Positions 23,908 through 36,535 of a stretch of 64,000 nucleotides of DNA are shown one piece after another; positions within the stretch are counted from its first letter, which is position 1; every line of letters begins with the position of its first letter. Source of the DNA: Antedon mediterranea (lineage: Eukaryota > Animalia > Echinodermata); assembly GCF_964355755.1 (NCBI RefSeq), contig NC_092675.1, positions 4,087,812 to 4,151,811 of the forward strand, in the 5' to 3' direction. Under the pieces are notes generated by a model. That model was not told where the DNA came from. It was given only the letters and a program-made list of their open reading frames with translations, and did not search any database. The translations under genes and the position numbers were made by a program.

Positions 23908-25231
23908 TTTTTTTTCTTCTAATTGTTGAACGACTCCAATACATTGGCTTGTGTCTATCCTTGACGTGAACGAAACGCACAATCTTTTAATCCTCATATT
24001 GTAGAAAGTGAGTAGGTCGAATGTGTGACGTACTTGTTTTTTGGTAATATAATCACACTATAAAACTTTAATCGTTTTTTGGAAGACAACTACAATTTAA
24101 CAATAGGAACAAAGAAGTGTAAAAATATGTAACAAAGATAATTATAATTTATCTTGAAATTAAAAAATACTAATTTTTTTTCTTATTATTCACTTTAACT
24201 GTACTTGGTAAAAACGAGAATATTAATTTGAAAAAAATCAACCGAAAGCCCATGTTTGTGCAAAAGTGAGTAACTAAAACTACATATTCATGTTTGATTT
24301 TATTCATATGTTTATGTTTAGGGGGCAATACACTTTAAATAAAAGTTATCATTCGGACAACATGATCAATCGCCTTCCTACGACTGGGTTTTCTACAGCA
24401 TAGCATCATAATTGTTTTGTAGGCCTAGGTCCAAGATTGGTTACGGTTTAATTTGGTAATTCTAGGGAAGAGTAAAATTTCTATACGTTTTTCTTTTGTG
24501 TTTTTTATGTTCTTTTTGGCGTAAAACTTTAATAGGATCTATAATTGAACACTTTAAATTGTGAAAACAAAATTATTTATTAGAATATGTAGAAAGAAGT
24601 ACTCGTAACCTTCAATGTAGTACAGTAATAATATTATACGTTAGAACGCCCTCTGTTGTGTTGCAACTTCCAAACCATGGAGGAAACAACTACCAACACG
24701 TTCCACACTTAAGATTGAAACAGTAGGCCTATTTTGAATATGAACAATTACAAATTCTTCTATAGTTGTATTATGCATATCTTTTATAATATTAACATAA
24801 TGTTATAGTTAGTTTACAATAAAATATGTCTGTATTGGATGGGTTGAGCGTTTTAAACGGATAAGATCTTTGAAAAGCAAAGTTCAATCTAAACTGCCGT
24901 TGTTCCGCAACACTATTCATTCATTCATCTTTTATTTCGGAAAAAAAAAAATTCTCCATAGTTCAGTAACAAATTAGTGTACATTATTGTAACCTAGTTG
25001 GTTAAGGCTAAAGGGTAACTCCGAGTTTGAAATGTCCATTGTTTGTTATAAAATATGGCCTTTATATAACAACATTGATAATAACTTCACTTATCTTTAG
25101 ACAGCGGTAAATGGGTGACGTGAAATAAGTTTTTAAAAAGTGATGCTACAGCACCGTTTCGTAACGAATCATCACGAAAAATTCATTTGATTTTATCATC
25201 GCCTAAACTTGCGTAAACGGCGTTCGATAGA

Positions 25232-28200
25232 TTACATCGGTTGAAGATAGTCATTAGTGTCCACTACAGTTCCACGAGGCATTATTGTACTTGTCTGTAC
25301 ATAGTCGTATTCCAGAGTGGTCTGTTGCTGTCTAGGCATTGGAATTGGAGGTCTTGTACTTAGTTGAACGTCGTTTGATCCTTTGACAACTTGTTGACGG
25401 GGTTCACCGTGTACGTAGACGGTTTCGTGTACTGTACGGCCAATTGGTTTTCTAATACATAAATGATATAATAATATTAATTTTTAAAAAGGAATCGTTA
25501 ATAGCAGCACGAAAATATGCCCGGAGAGAAACAGAGAGGGATTCTGTTTACACAGTGACACATATAGATAAAATGAAGAATGACGAAAACAGTTATAAAG
25601 AGAATGATTATTTAGTCCGATACTTCAAAATATTTTTTAAAATGTTACTTTACTTTAATGATACTTACTTTCTTTTGCAAAATAAAGCGAAAAGAAAAAT
25701 CACCCAGCTCATCAATAAAAGAACAGCTAAGACAATGATCACCATTACTAACGCCTCATCTACATCCAGAAAACAAAATGAATACACGTTTATATAATAG
25801 TAAATTTGTTTTAGTATTACTGTACTGTAATGTATGTTCCCGCCCAGTTATTACAGAATCCGGTAGGCCTATCTATGTTAATGCCTCTACTAATCTCAAC
25901 GCCTCATTGAATGGTTTCGATCGGACATGTGTGAAAAGATGTGAATTATTTTTCTTATTAATACAAACACTAATATACTATTCTCAAATATTTACCTGCA
26001 TTCGATCTCAGAGTAGCACCGTCTTCATTAAGTTAGCAATATAAAAAGAAAACGATAGTTAACAACGTATACACATTTGCTTTTCAGACAATAATATTCA
26101 TTCATTTATTCAATAGTATGTAGGCCACTGGCCCAAGTACAATAATAGAACATAATACAGTACATGTCATTAAATTTAAGTAGTAGTAACATCAAAATAA
26201 TAAGTTCTCTTTTTTGGGGAAAATAATATAGTAACACGTCCTTATTTAAGACACCAATTATTTAATGTTGGCCAAATTGGGCAACACCATACTGAAGCAA
26301 CTATTTTAATCCGTTCTAAAAACAAGTTAGCCCTACATTGAATTTATATTACTTTAAGCCTCATCTACACTATCAAACTTTATGTGACAAAAAAATGTGA
26401 TGTGTGCCCATATATGGATATGGTGATATCATATCTAGTCATAAACTAGTTTGATAGTGTAGACATAGCTTTATAGATCACATTAGACTTACCTGTTAGA
26501 TACGATTCTATGGTTAGGTACGACAACATCCCGCGCATTTATTGTTTTAGGAAAAAGAAAAGATTATACAGTTATTAATACTGTATTATTCTGAAAATGC
26601 AATATGTAGGCCTATATAAAAACAATATAAATCGACTATTAATATCATTAGCATTATAGTATATTCACTCACCCGAAGCACTGCTTATATCTACAGTTGT
26701 CATCACAATACGTTTGAAGGGGAAAAAAGAAGAAAAAAGTCATAATTGTAGTTTTGATTTGGGCTGAATATGAATATAATGAATACAAAATGAACAAAAA
26801 TAAATCAAATTCTATCTAATATTATGCATTAAAAAGCTAAATGTACTGATATTTAGGATATATTTCTAAATAAATAAGTATCTCTGTTGGATTTGAACCA
26901 TGACTTGAATAATTATTCAGTGTAGGCCTACATACCTGTACAGAAAGGATCGTTACAAGTAGGCGGTGGGGGTGGGAGATCCTTAATGCAAGTTGGTGCA
27001 TCTAAATTCCAGTTATACATCTTATCACAAGACAGTTCTATTTTCGCTGCTTGCAAACGAAATCCTTCGTTACACGTAAACTTCATATATTTTTTCCCCG
27101 ATGGTAGGCATGGTTCTCTTGTTGCGCCATTGTCTGGTGGCCATGGCGTCACGACACCGTTAGCGAACCCAGAGTTTGTCAGTCCATTTGGCAACGGACA
27201 CTTAGCTGCAACGAAAGTGGATGACATATTTCACTACGTATAATCAGGGTGGGGGGGGGGGTAAATTGTACCATGGTGTAATCATAGACCTATAAATTAG
27301 GTCCATGGTATAATAAATGTGGTGATAGTGATGATGAAGATATGGTAGAAAAAATGGCAAGAAAAAGGGGAAGATATAGAATGAAGACAAAAATATTTAT
27401 ACGGCTCAAAAAGTTATTTTAAAGCTTCATTTAAAACTTGGCAAATATTAGGACATATATACCCAAAAACAAATAACATACAATGCTTAAAAACACTAAA
27501 ACCAGAAACGATATTGGGCCATGACAATGTCCGATGATTAAGATACAACGTTCTTGAAAAATTTAGTTCCGGTATCTGCAAATCTCTTAAACTATGACTT
27601 CATAACTCAATGTCACTTTTACCATTAGATATGATTTAGATCGATACATTATTATGACAGTATTATCATTTACAATATACAATATTCAGATTTCGTAACT
27701 ACTACATTCGGACCCAAAGTATTACGGTATTTTAGTAACAGATATAAAAACTAATTTAATATGTATATGGACCTCAAGAAATGTATGATTTTGGGAGAGT
27801 TTCTGGTTTTCAGAGAGTCTGGTATTGGGAGAGTTGACTGTATACATAATGTATTAGTGTTGTAGTGTGGTAGTTATATAAATATGATAGTTCATGGTTA
27901 CTAATTAAACTCAATTATGGTTTATTAAAAAATAAAATAAATAAGATTTCAGTTTACTGAATTGTCTCCAACTTAACAAGTTGTAAGAACAAAAATTCGA
28001 CAAAAGACAAGAGAAATCCATGAATTACAGTCAAGGAAAACAAGAGCAACTAATTACTAATACTATTAACCTTTTTGATTGTAATCATAGTTATTGTTCA
28101 TAAACGTTACCATTCTAAGTTTACCATAGTTTTTAAACTATATGGTAAACTTATTTTAATAATTTTACTGGCGGGATAGTACACCAGTAAACTATATTGA

Positions 28201-28322
28201 CGTATTAGGTTGTATAATGTATACTTACATACGTCTTTGCAAGAACCAGAGCTCACGAATGAAATCCCAGCAATGGTATAAAGGAAGACAGTTAAGGCCA
28301 CCGATATATTCCTAACGTACAT
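25232..28322 (-). CDS. Type-I membrane protein paralog C (single Sushi/CCP domain, micro-exon stalk, TM, Tyr-motif tail), about 235-244 aa
   Basis: Exons 28322-28229, 27205-26936, 26690-26673, 26507-26493, possibly 26022-25996, 25759-25669 and 25451-25232, all in frame. Ectodomain closely similar to paralog B (EPCLPxGKKYMKFTCNEGFRL); TM ALVMVIIVLAVLLLMSWVIFLFALFC. Confidence 0.87.
26357..26470. mobile_element. MITE family 1 copy
   Basis: TCTACACTATCAAAC ... GTTTGATAGTGTAGACATAGCT. Confidence 0.75.
27283..27307. mobile_element. 25-bp palindrome with 7-bp TSD (putative excision footprint)
   Basis: GTGTAAT|CATAGACCTATAAATTAGGTCCATG|GTATAAT. Confidence 0.5.
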
Positions 28323-29026
28323 TTTGCTGCGAATGCGGGATGCAACTAAATATACAGTAGTTGTGTTTATTGTCATTTAACCATTCTTAACCGCAGAATC
28401 CTTATTAGGTATTAACTATAAACCTACTAAGAAATCCATGGGTTAAAATATACAAACACTCTTCCTTTATTAATCCAACGCTGTAGCGTATGAACAACGT
28501 TCCGCTCGTCCTTAGTGTCTATACATTCTATCTTTTTTGTTGAGCTTGTTTTGTGGGCATTAAAGGGATTGTAAATTAAGCAGGAATCTTTATCATCGGA
28601 CACATCTCTCACTGAAATAATCTATATTTTGAATCTTGAAGTGATACGAAGAATGTTCAACATCGACAATTGTCACGACTCAATTACACAACAGCCACGG
28701 AGGTATAAAAATACAACATTGTAACCCATTATGGCTAAACTTAAAGTGAATCTGTGATAGTTACAAAAAGAGACGCATGCCCCATGCCAAGCGTGGATAC
28801 GTTTTTAACAGAACATCACAATAAAAACGATATTCAATAATAGTCTAAAGGAACAAATGATCGATAAAAGATGATAATAACATTAGAGATCGATACCATG
28901 CTTTATTAACAACATCTGAACATACAAAATTTAACAATATGAAACCGAACAATTATTTACGATTTTATTTAAGATAGAACTTATTAAGCCTATCATTATT
29001 AAACAAATATAAATAGAAGATTTTAT

Positions 29027-29051
29027 CATGGAGAAATTATATTCCTCTATG
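29027..29051. mobile_element. 25-bp palindrome with 7-bp TSD (putative excision footprint)
   Basis: ATTTTAT|CATGGAGAAATTATATTCCTCTATG|ATTTTAT. Confidence 0.55.
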
Positions 29052-29203
29052 ATTTTATACAGTGTACAGTACATTTATAATTCAGCTCACTACTGATTGT
29101 ATTACATTTAAAATGATAATCAAAAGTAAATCTATGTAGCGAAAATAATATATTCTACAAGAGAGTTTTTAAGGTATCACACTCTTCCTTACCATTTACG
29201 GTA

Positions 29204-29430
29204 AGCGTGGTTCCCACTAGCGACGCAACGCAAGGACGTAACGCAACGCAAATGAATTGACCAATCACAAGCGATGGCTTATTCGCTTGTGATTGCTAAC
29301 TGTCTATAACTTCGCTTGTCATTGGTTAAAACGCTTGCGTTGCGTTTACGTCCTTGCGTTACGTTCTAGTGGGAACCAAGCTTAACGTTCTAGTGGGAAC
29401 CAAACTTTACGTTCTAGTGGGAACCAAGCT
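29204..29430. mobile_element. MITE family 2 copy with triplicated right terminus
   Basis: Body matches 21886-22065; ACGTTCTAGTGGGAACCAA(G/A)CTT occurs three times in tandem. Confidence 0.85.
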
Positions 29431-29559
29431 TTATTATATGAGATGAGTACATAACAGAACTTACATAGAATATACAGTTTACATTGCACATTGAGTTGAG
29501 TTAATTTACTAATACTTTTCTTAATTTAAAAGAGTAGAAAGAGAAGCATATATATATTC

Positions 29560-29915
29560 ATACCATGTTTTTTATAACACAAAAGATAGGCCTACATGGT
29601 AACATTAACAAATAGTTACAGAAAAAATATAAATTAATACCATGTTTTTTTATAACATAAAAGATAGGCCTACATGGTAACATTAACAAATAGTTACAGA
29701 AAAAATATAAATTAATACCATGTTTTTTTATAACATAAAAGATAGGCCTACACTGTAACATTAAAAAATAATTACAAAAATAATATAAATTAATATCATG
29801 TATTTTTATAACATAAAAGATAGGCCTACACTGTAACATTAAAACATAATTTAAAAATAATATAAATACCATACCATGTTTTTTTTTTAAATAAAAATAG
29901 GTCTACACTGTAATT
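29560..29915. repeat. Minisatellite of about 77 bp, about 4.5 copies
   Basis: Unit ATACCATGTTTTTTATAACATAAAAGATAGGCCTACA...TAACATTAA...AATATAAATTA repeated head to tail. Confidence 0.92.
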
Positions 29916-30390
29916 CCATACAGATTATAATTAAGTTAATAAATTTAACTGATAAAAATAATATTGCTACATAAAATTCATGCACATATTAGGAATAATA
30001 CAAGAATATTAAAAATAAGCTATTTTACAGAATATGTATTCTTAGTTTGAAATAAAAATACGATAATCAGCACACCTCCTATAGCACATACTAGCCAATG
30101 ACAGGGTACCTGTTTAGGTTAAACATAATGTAAAAGGTCTATAAACTATACATCTATAAACAATTTTATATAAACCTTTTAAAGTTGGTTATGCAAGCTT
30201 AGGCAGTGGGAATGGTGTTGTAAAATAACCTCGTACTGGATTTGAACCCAGGACTCCATGGTTGGTAAGCAAAAATGTTGACCACAAAAAACCTAAAATA
30301 TCACTGAATGACATTTTAATTACTGTGTAATTGAAAAAAATGAACAATTGTAAAAGAAAAGATTGTCACCATCATTAGGTTGCTGCATTA

Positions 30391-30548
30391 AACCTTGTCT
30401 ACACTATCAAACTCTATGTGACAAAAAATGTGATGTGCCTATATATGGATATGATGTCATATCACTACAATATTTGGGTACATCACTACCATATTTGGGC
30501 ACATCACACTTTTTTTTATCAAACTAGTTTGATAGTGTAGACAGAGCT
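30391..30548. mobile_element. MITE family 1 copy
   Basis: TGTCTACACTATCAAAC ... GTTTGATAGTGTAGACAGAGCT. Confidence 0.8.
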
Positions 30549-30992
30549 TTACATTAAGAGTTTTAAAATTTGTATGAGCAATCTTTGGTGCCAACTAGCT
30601 CTTTAAAACGTCTTGTTATCACATAAAATAAAACTGTTTACTTAAAACATCGTTGCTATTTTTTTAGCAGTTGATTTTTTTTACACCATTTCATTTTGTT
30701 AAATAGAAACATTTTACATCTCTACAGGTTGCAGTAAATGGCAAAATAAATTAAAAAATAATTTGAAATGGCTTAAAAATTCAACAATAAACAATTGAAT
30801 AATTTAACAATAACTTGTGTATCTTTAATTTAATATATTTACAAAATTTATTTTTAAAACCTATGAGGTAACTTTATTTTTATATACGGTAATTTTTTGA
30901 CCCATAAAGGTAACAATTATTTTCGGCAATATGAAGAGTCTTTATAAACTCCATTATTAAAAAATGGTCTCAGGTAGATGCATGTAGTAAAA

Positions 30993-33900
30993 TTATTCAT
31001 AATAAAGTCCGTAAACAGTCGCCGATGCAAAGAGGACAGAACTCTCATACGAAGCTGATGCAAATGTATCTCGTTGTGAATCCCATAAACATCGGCTTCC
31101 GAGTTGTACGTCTTGATCTCGTTTCTCACCAATGTACACCATGCAAATCAGCTAAAATACAAAAATAATTATTGTTTTAAAACTTTGTGAATAGAGGGAC
31201 AGAAATTACCGAGTCTGTTAAGGGGCACAATATCCTTGTTTTTTTTTGTCTAAATAGGTCCTTAGCAATAGCTATGTTATGAACTTTAATTTAACTAAAT
31301 AATAAACTATGAGAATGTTTATCAAGTTTACAGTGTGCCTATTTCAGCAAACAACAACAGCAAAACATAATTTAAAATCTTTTAAATTAATTTATGTTTT
31401 GTTGTTGTAAAGGCTTCAAAATGTAAAGCTTGACTTGATGCCAATTCAATCAATTGAATGAAATGAGAATAACTGATTTTGAAGCTTTATAAAGAAGATA
31501 AATATTTCTTAAGCTCTGTCTACACTATCAAACTAGTTTGACAAAAGTGTGATGTGCCCAAATATGGTAGTGATATACCTAAATATGGTAGTGATATGAC
31601 ATCATATCCATATATGGGCACATCACATTGTTGTTGTCACATAAAGTTTGATAGTGTAGACAAGGCTTAAAAAACAATATCCCAATTGATAATAATAGGA
31701 AATTTCCTTAGGCCTTAGAGTATTTAATAATAAAAGAACGATAGATTAAATCTAATTAATGTAAGGACGAAAGTTAATAGACATGTTCGTGCAGCAACAA
31801 TAAAAACACCTGCGAACTGTGCAGTGAATCTATCTATAGCTATTAGGATCAACAAACAAGTGTTTGTATCGTCAGTACATCTGTTTCTGTTGAATGCAAT
31901 GAGAACAAGAATGCTGCTGGGTTAATATTCTATAGAGACTCAACTAGATTTGCTTCATTTACTATTTGTCCTATTTGGAATACTGTAGATACAAGTTTAT
32001 AGTCAGTGAAAGCATCTAATTTGAATTTAATAGTAAAAATATGTTATAATTGCTACAGTAGCTCAGAAATAGTAGCCCAGACTGAGATAGCAACACTACG
32101 GGATTCTGTTTGTTAAAGACCCATTCCCTATAAATTGTGACGTTTTGTAAAAATAATGCATATTACTTTAAAAACATTAAGGTCAGGTCAGGTCATTCTT
32201 TGTCTTAAATGTACGTTTTATAGTAAATGAAGATAAAAAGCGGCGAATGTCCTTTCATTGGCCGTCTTTAGGCCTAGCCTAGCTAGGCTTAGTTTTGTTG
32301 CTGCATTAATTATCTTTCTGTTTTTGACATACTCCGTTGATACAAATTGTGGGAAACCCAGTATTTTCGCTGAAAAGTTAGGATTCTTCTATTGTTTTGG
32401 CCTCACGATCGATCGAAAAGCGGGCCGCTAAATTATTAGAATCGCCTTATTTTTCACATTTTTAACCATTTAAAGACGAAAAAAGTTATCTCAATAGGAC
32501 CATATAATATTTATTTTTACATTAATGTAGTTTGTGACCTTAAAATGTAGGGAATGGGTCTTTAATTGCTAGCCTAGATAGCAACACTATGAGATTCTGT
32601 TTATTACTTGCTAGCCTAGATAGCAACACTATGAGATTCTGTTTATTACTTGCTAGCCCGGATAGCAACACTATGAGATTCTGTTTATTACTTGCTAGCC
32701 CGGATAGCAACACTATGGGTTTCTGTTTATTACAGTACTAACCCGGATCATCATTAGTAATAATTGAATTTGCTTGCACTATCACATAAACATTTATGTT
32801 AATTATAAATGACCACTGAATCCAGTGAAGGTTGTTGTTAGTTGCCATGCCGTCATTCACTTCAAACCTTTGTAAATACATTTAATTAAATGCAAGTTGA
32901 CTTAGCTTTGATAAAACATTACATGATGAATTCAATATATTTTCTACACTATTGAATATATCATTGAAATTCACATCTTATTATTATTACAAACAATTAA
33001 ATGGACCCATGTTGATTATGAAATTTTAATTCTCATATTTATAAAATAATGTAGGAAAGAAAAAAAAGATTAATAATATGGTATGATGATTTGCAACTTT
33101 GACCGGGAATTACATACAATTTTTTTTCTCACAAAGTTGTCTAATGAGTATAACATTATAATACGTCTGAAAGTTGATTTTTTTTTCCACCCACATCTGT
33201 ATTGACGAGAGCGATATTAAATGGCGACAAACTGACCTTAAACCTTGGGAAGTCTAATAACTTGACCTGTTCATTGACTTCACCAGCGATGCATTTACTT
33301 AGATTTCCGATGACACTTGCATCATAGATGACCAAATCTGCTAAGTGTTTCTCAAGTGTAGAGTGGATTATTGGTTGTACATGCTCTACAAGAAATCTAC
33401 AAACAATTAAACATGCATAATATGGATAGACTGAATTATACTCAAAAATTTGATTTAAATCAATAACCTACATATCATTAGCCTAGAACTATGAATTGTT
33501 TGTTCTTGATATTTGTGATTATTATCAAACATTATAAACATGTTTAAAATAAGAAAAAAAAATTAAAGATTTTTTTTTGAATGGGAGAGTCATTTTGTAA
33601 TCCTAATAATTTCATTGTTTATTAGTATAAACAATTTATTTGTAGTTAAATCCTTAAAGGTTGCTTAAAAACTGTCAGGGAGACTCATCAGGAATGATGC
33701 CACTGGGTTGTTTGTGTGACATGAATTTATTGTTTTTGGTGGTGTCATTCAAGATAAGTCTCCCTAACAGCCTGAAAATTAATTCTCTTTACATTTAAAA
33801 TCAAATTAAACATTTTCACAAACATCTCATTATCTTTTACTCTTAGGCCTATACCTTTTTGGGGGGTCCATTCTGTACGTATTCTCTACCTCAACTTCAC

Positions 33901-34066
33901 CCTTATGTTCATCATCTTCAAGATCTTCTAAGCTCGGTGCGCAAGCCATCGACACGTAACTGTTACCAGCCTTGACGTTGCGTCGTGTCAACTCAAAGAA
34001 GCTTGATTTATTCTTGCCCAACATACTTGACCTGGCCTCCAGACGAGGCTCAACTTTGGTTGCCAT
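30993..34066 (-). CDS. Tctex1 domain-containing dynein light chain (TCTEX1D1/DYNLT5-like), 3 coding exons, 176 aa
   Basis: Exons 34066-33855, 33396-33237 and 31151-30993 total 531 nt in frame. Motifs ENTYRMDP, VKLLDFPRFKLICMVYIGE, SRCLWD...DTFASAS, LFASATVYGLYYE*. An acceptor at about 34123 implies an upstream UTR exon. Exact paralog not assignable. Confidence 0.9.
31512..31667. mobile_element. MITE family 1 copy
   Basis: TTA|AGCTCTGTCTACACTATCAAAC ... GTGTAGACAAGGCT|TAA. Confidence 0.85.
32117..32561. mobile_element. Non-autonomous DNA transposon with TTAA TSD (Kolobok-like AG..CT termini)
   Basis: TTAA|AGACCCATTCCCTA ... TAGGGAATGGGTCT|TTAA; internally deleted relative of 41667-42293. Confidence 0.8.
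32566..32735. repeat. 42-bp tandem repeat x4, with a related partial unit at about 32085-32112 on the other side of the TTAA element
   Basis: Unit GCTAGCC(T/C)(A/G)GATAGCAACACTATGAGATTCTGTTTATTACTT. Confidence 0.9.
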
Positions 34067-35478
34067 TTTTGCCAAAATATATGTTTCAAAGAGTGATACT
34101 GTATTGAATGCTTATTTGTCTACTGGAAGAAAAAAAGAAAACAAAGATCATTAGCCTATTATGAAATCAAGCGGGTTGGGGATATTTTAGGGATAAATGA
34201 TATATTTTATATTATAGTTCAGCACTTAGTTTCTCATTTTTCAGGCACTGGGTCCACTTATTACCTATTTACAACACAGTATATTCAGTGTGACTCTATA
34301 GAATTTAATTTAAATGATCCTTCTCTTCTCATACTAATTAATTCAAAATAATATTAATTTTAAAAAATTGCATTACCAAAATCAAAGAAATTAGTAAGTA
34401 AGTTACTAATACCAGTAAAGTTGAATCATAGCCTACCATTATTTTCTCTTTTAGTTTTTTTAATGGATTATATATGTTGTACTAATTCTAATTAAAATCA
34501 AGTGTATAGTACAAATTATCTGTTATAAGTAGAATTAAACATCCGCTAGTAAGAACATAATCACCATAAACAGACTAAAGATATTTGCAATAAACAATAA
34601 GGATTTAATGAAGGACATGGTTGAGTAATCGCACCAGATATCTCCATTACCGTATACTATCATATTACACCATCAGGAAATATGAAAAATATGTACACTG
34701 CCTTGTAGGATATTAGTGTATTAAGAGTGGCTTTAAGTATTGATTTTAGATGATAGTTCACAATGGATAATATTCAAAGACTAGGCCATGATAAATATCA
34801 TTATTTACCAATGTTTATGAGTTACAATTACTGGATTAGAGTAAGCCAGCGGTTTATCAAAATGCAATTAAAAAAACATTGTTATTAAACATAAAATTAC
34901 AACTCCCTGGTTAAAATAATTATTTCAGTTTACAGTTGATGTGTTGCAGCAATGAACATGATTTGTGTTTAATTTAGTAAACAATTAATTTATGATATAG
35001 TAAATCACTAGTAACAATGATCATGATTTCCATAACAAATTTGATTTCTATCTGTCTGTCTACAGGAGAATTCCTCCTTTGGTTTTGTTCTAGTGTATTT
35101 GGACATTTGTGAAAATAATGCGGAAGACTTAATTTATGTATTTACTTTTAACTCTTCTTTTCTAATAGCATGTAAAAAAATACTTCAACAAGCAAAAAAA
35201 AAAAAAACTCCTGGACTGAAAAGCCAAAATACCAATGTTATCATATTTCACTATAAAACAGGATACCTTAAATAGATATTATACTAAACCATAGTTCAGA
35301 TAGAGTTTATGAAAACTGTCAGAACTTACCTACAACCGTATGGAAAAGTACATATAGCATAAAAAGGTTTAAATACCAAGAAAAAACATCAAATTATAGC
35401 AGAATACGGATATGCATCACAGGTCCTTGTTTACAATGCAAGATCTTACATACAAATGACTACACATGTGGTTTATCA

Positions 35479-35642
35479 ATTACTATGGCAACTGTCATGG
35501 AGCTCTGTATGATATTAAAATAGCATGCACTGTGATTTAATTGAAAGGCTTCTCAATGAATGCTCGGTCATTGGTCTAATGCGTAATGAGAAAGTATTAC
35601 TTCACATCAGTAGTTTACTTTGTAGATAGTTGCCATAGGAGC
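35479..35642. promoter_or_regulatory. Two RFX X-box-like motifs upstream of the Tctex1-domain gene
   Basis: ATTACTATGGCAAC (35479-35492) and GTTGCCATAGGAGC (35629-35642) each carry a strong GTTGCCAT half-site; X-boxes are typical of ciliary gene promoters. Confidence 0.4.
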
Positions 35643-36029
35643 CAGATAAATGGATTTAAAATTGGAACACTGGACTGTAGGAGGTCGGAGAATTTAGTTA
35701 TCTTTGTTTTTATTTAAGTTAACTGAAGGATTTTTTGCTCATTATTTTTATAGGAATTTTGAAAATAATGTGATTGAATCACAAAAATAATATTTAATTA
35801 TACTATATGTGTATTTCAATGGTGTAATCAAATCCTTTAAACTATTAATAGGTCAAAATCAATACCAAGCAAAGAAAATTATTACTGTATTTTCTTTTCT
35901 CAGTAAATAAAAAATGAATACTGAACTTTGAAACCTGGCCTAAATTAACAGCATAAAAAAATGATTACTATAGGCCTAGGCCTATGATATTATTACGTTG
36001 GTTTAATGATGATATAGAATTAGGCCTAT

Positions 36030-36535
36030 CTATTCTAAAAGTACAACTCGGCCTACCTAGAGTATTAGTAGGGCTGCTAGCCTAATTAATAATATAATAT
36101 TAACAATAGAAGGCCTCTAGGCTAGGTAGCATACCTACTACTACTAGCTAGGCCTAGTACTACTAGGCTAGGCTAGGCCCTATGCCACCAGGGGGCCTAG
36201 TCTAGATAGAGTCCAGTTACTAGGAGGCCTAGGCCTTGACTAGGCCTAGCCTAGTTAGATAGAGGCATGTGCACTGCTGGCCTACTTTTCTTACTGGCTG
36301 GCCTCTACTACACTACTACTAGCCTAGCTTAGTTAGGCATGCCTTTAAAATGTTTAGACTCCTGGCTGGGATAGGCCTAAATAGTCTAGCCTTCTAGGGC
36401 CTGCTGGGATAGGCCTAAATAGGCCTGCTGGGATAGGCCTAGCTAGGCTAGGTATCCTATGCCTAGCTAGCTAGTAGTAGGCTAGTCTACCTCGTAAGTT
36501 ATTTACATTTATACTGTACCCTAGAGAGGCCTAAT
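36030..36535. repeat. Low-complexity CTAG/AGGCCT-rich tract
   Basis: Dense TAGGCCTAG/GCTAGC words, plus three copies of CTGGGATAGGCCTA. Confidence 0.75.

Noticed and set aside
29560-29915. Regularly spaced repeats as a CRISPR-like array (also 32566-32735 and 53939-54156)
   Set aside because: Units are head to tail with no unique spacers, there are no cas genes and the context is eukaryotic; these are minisatellites.
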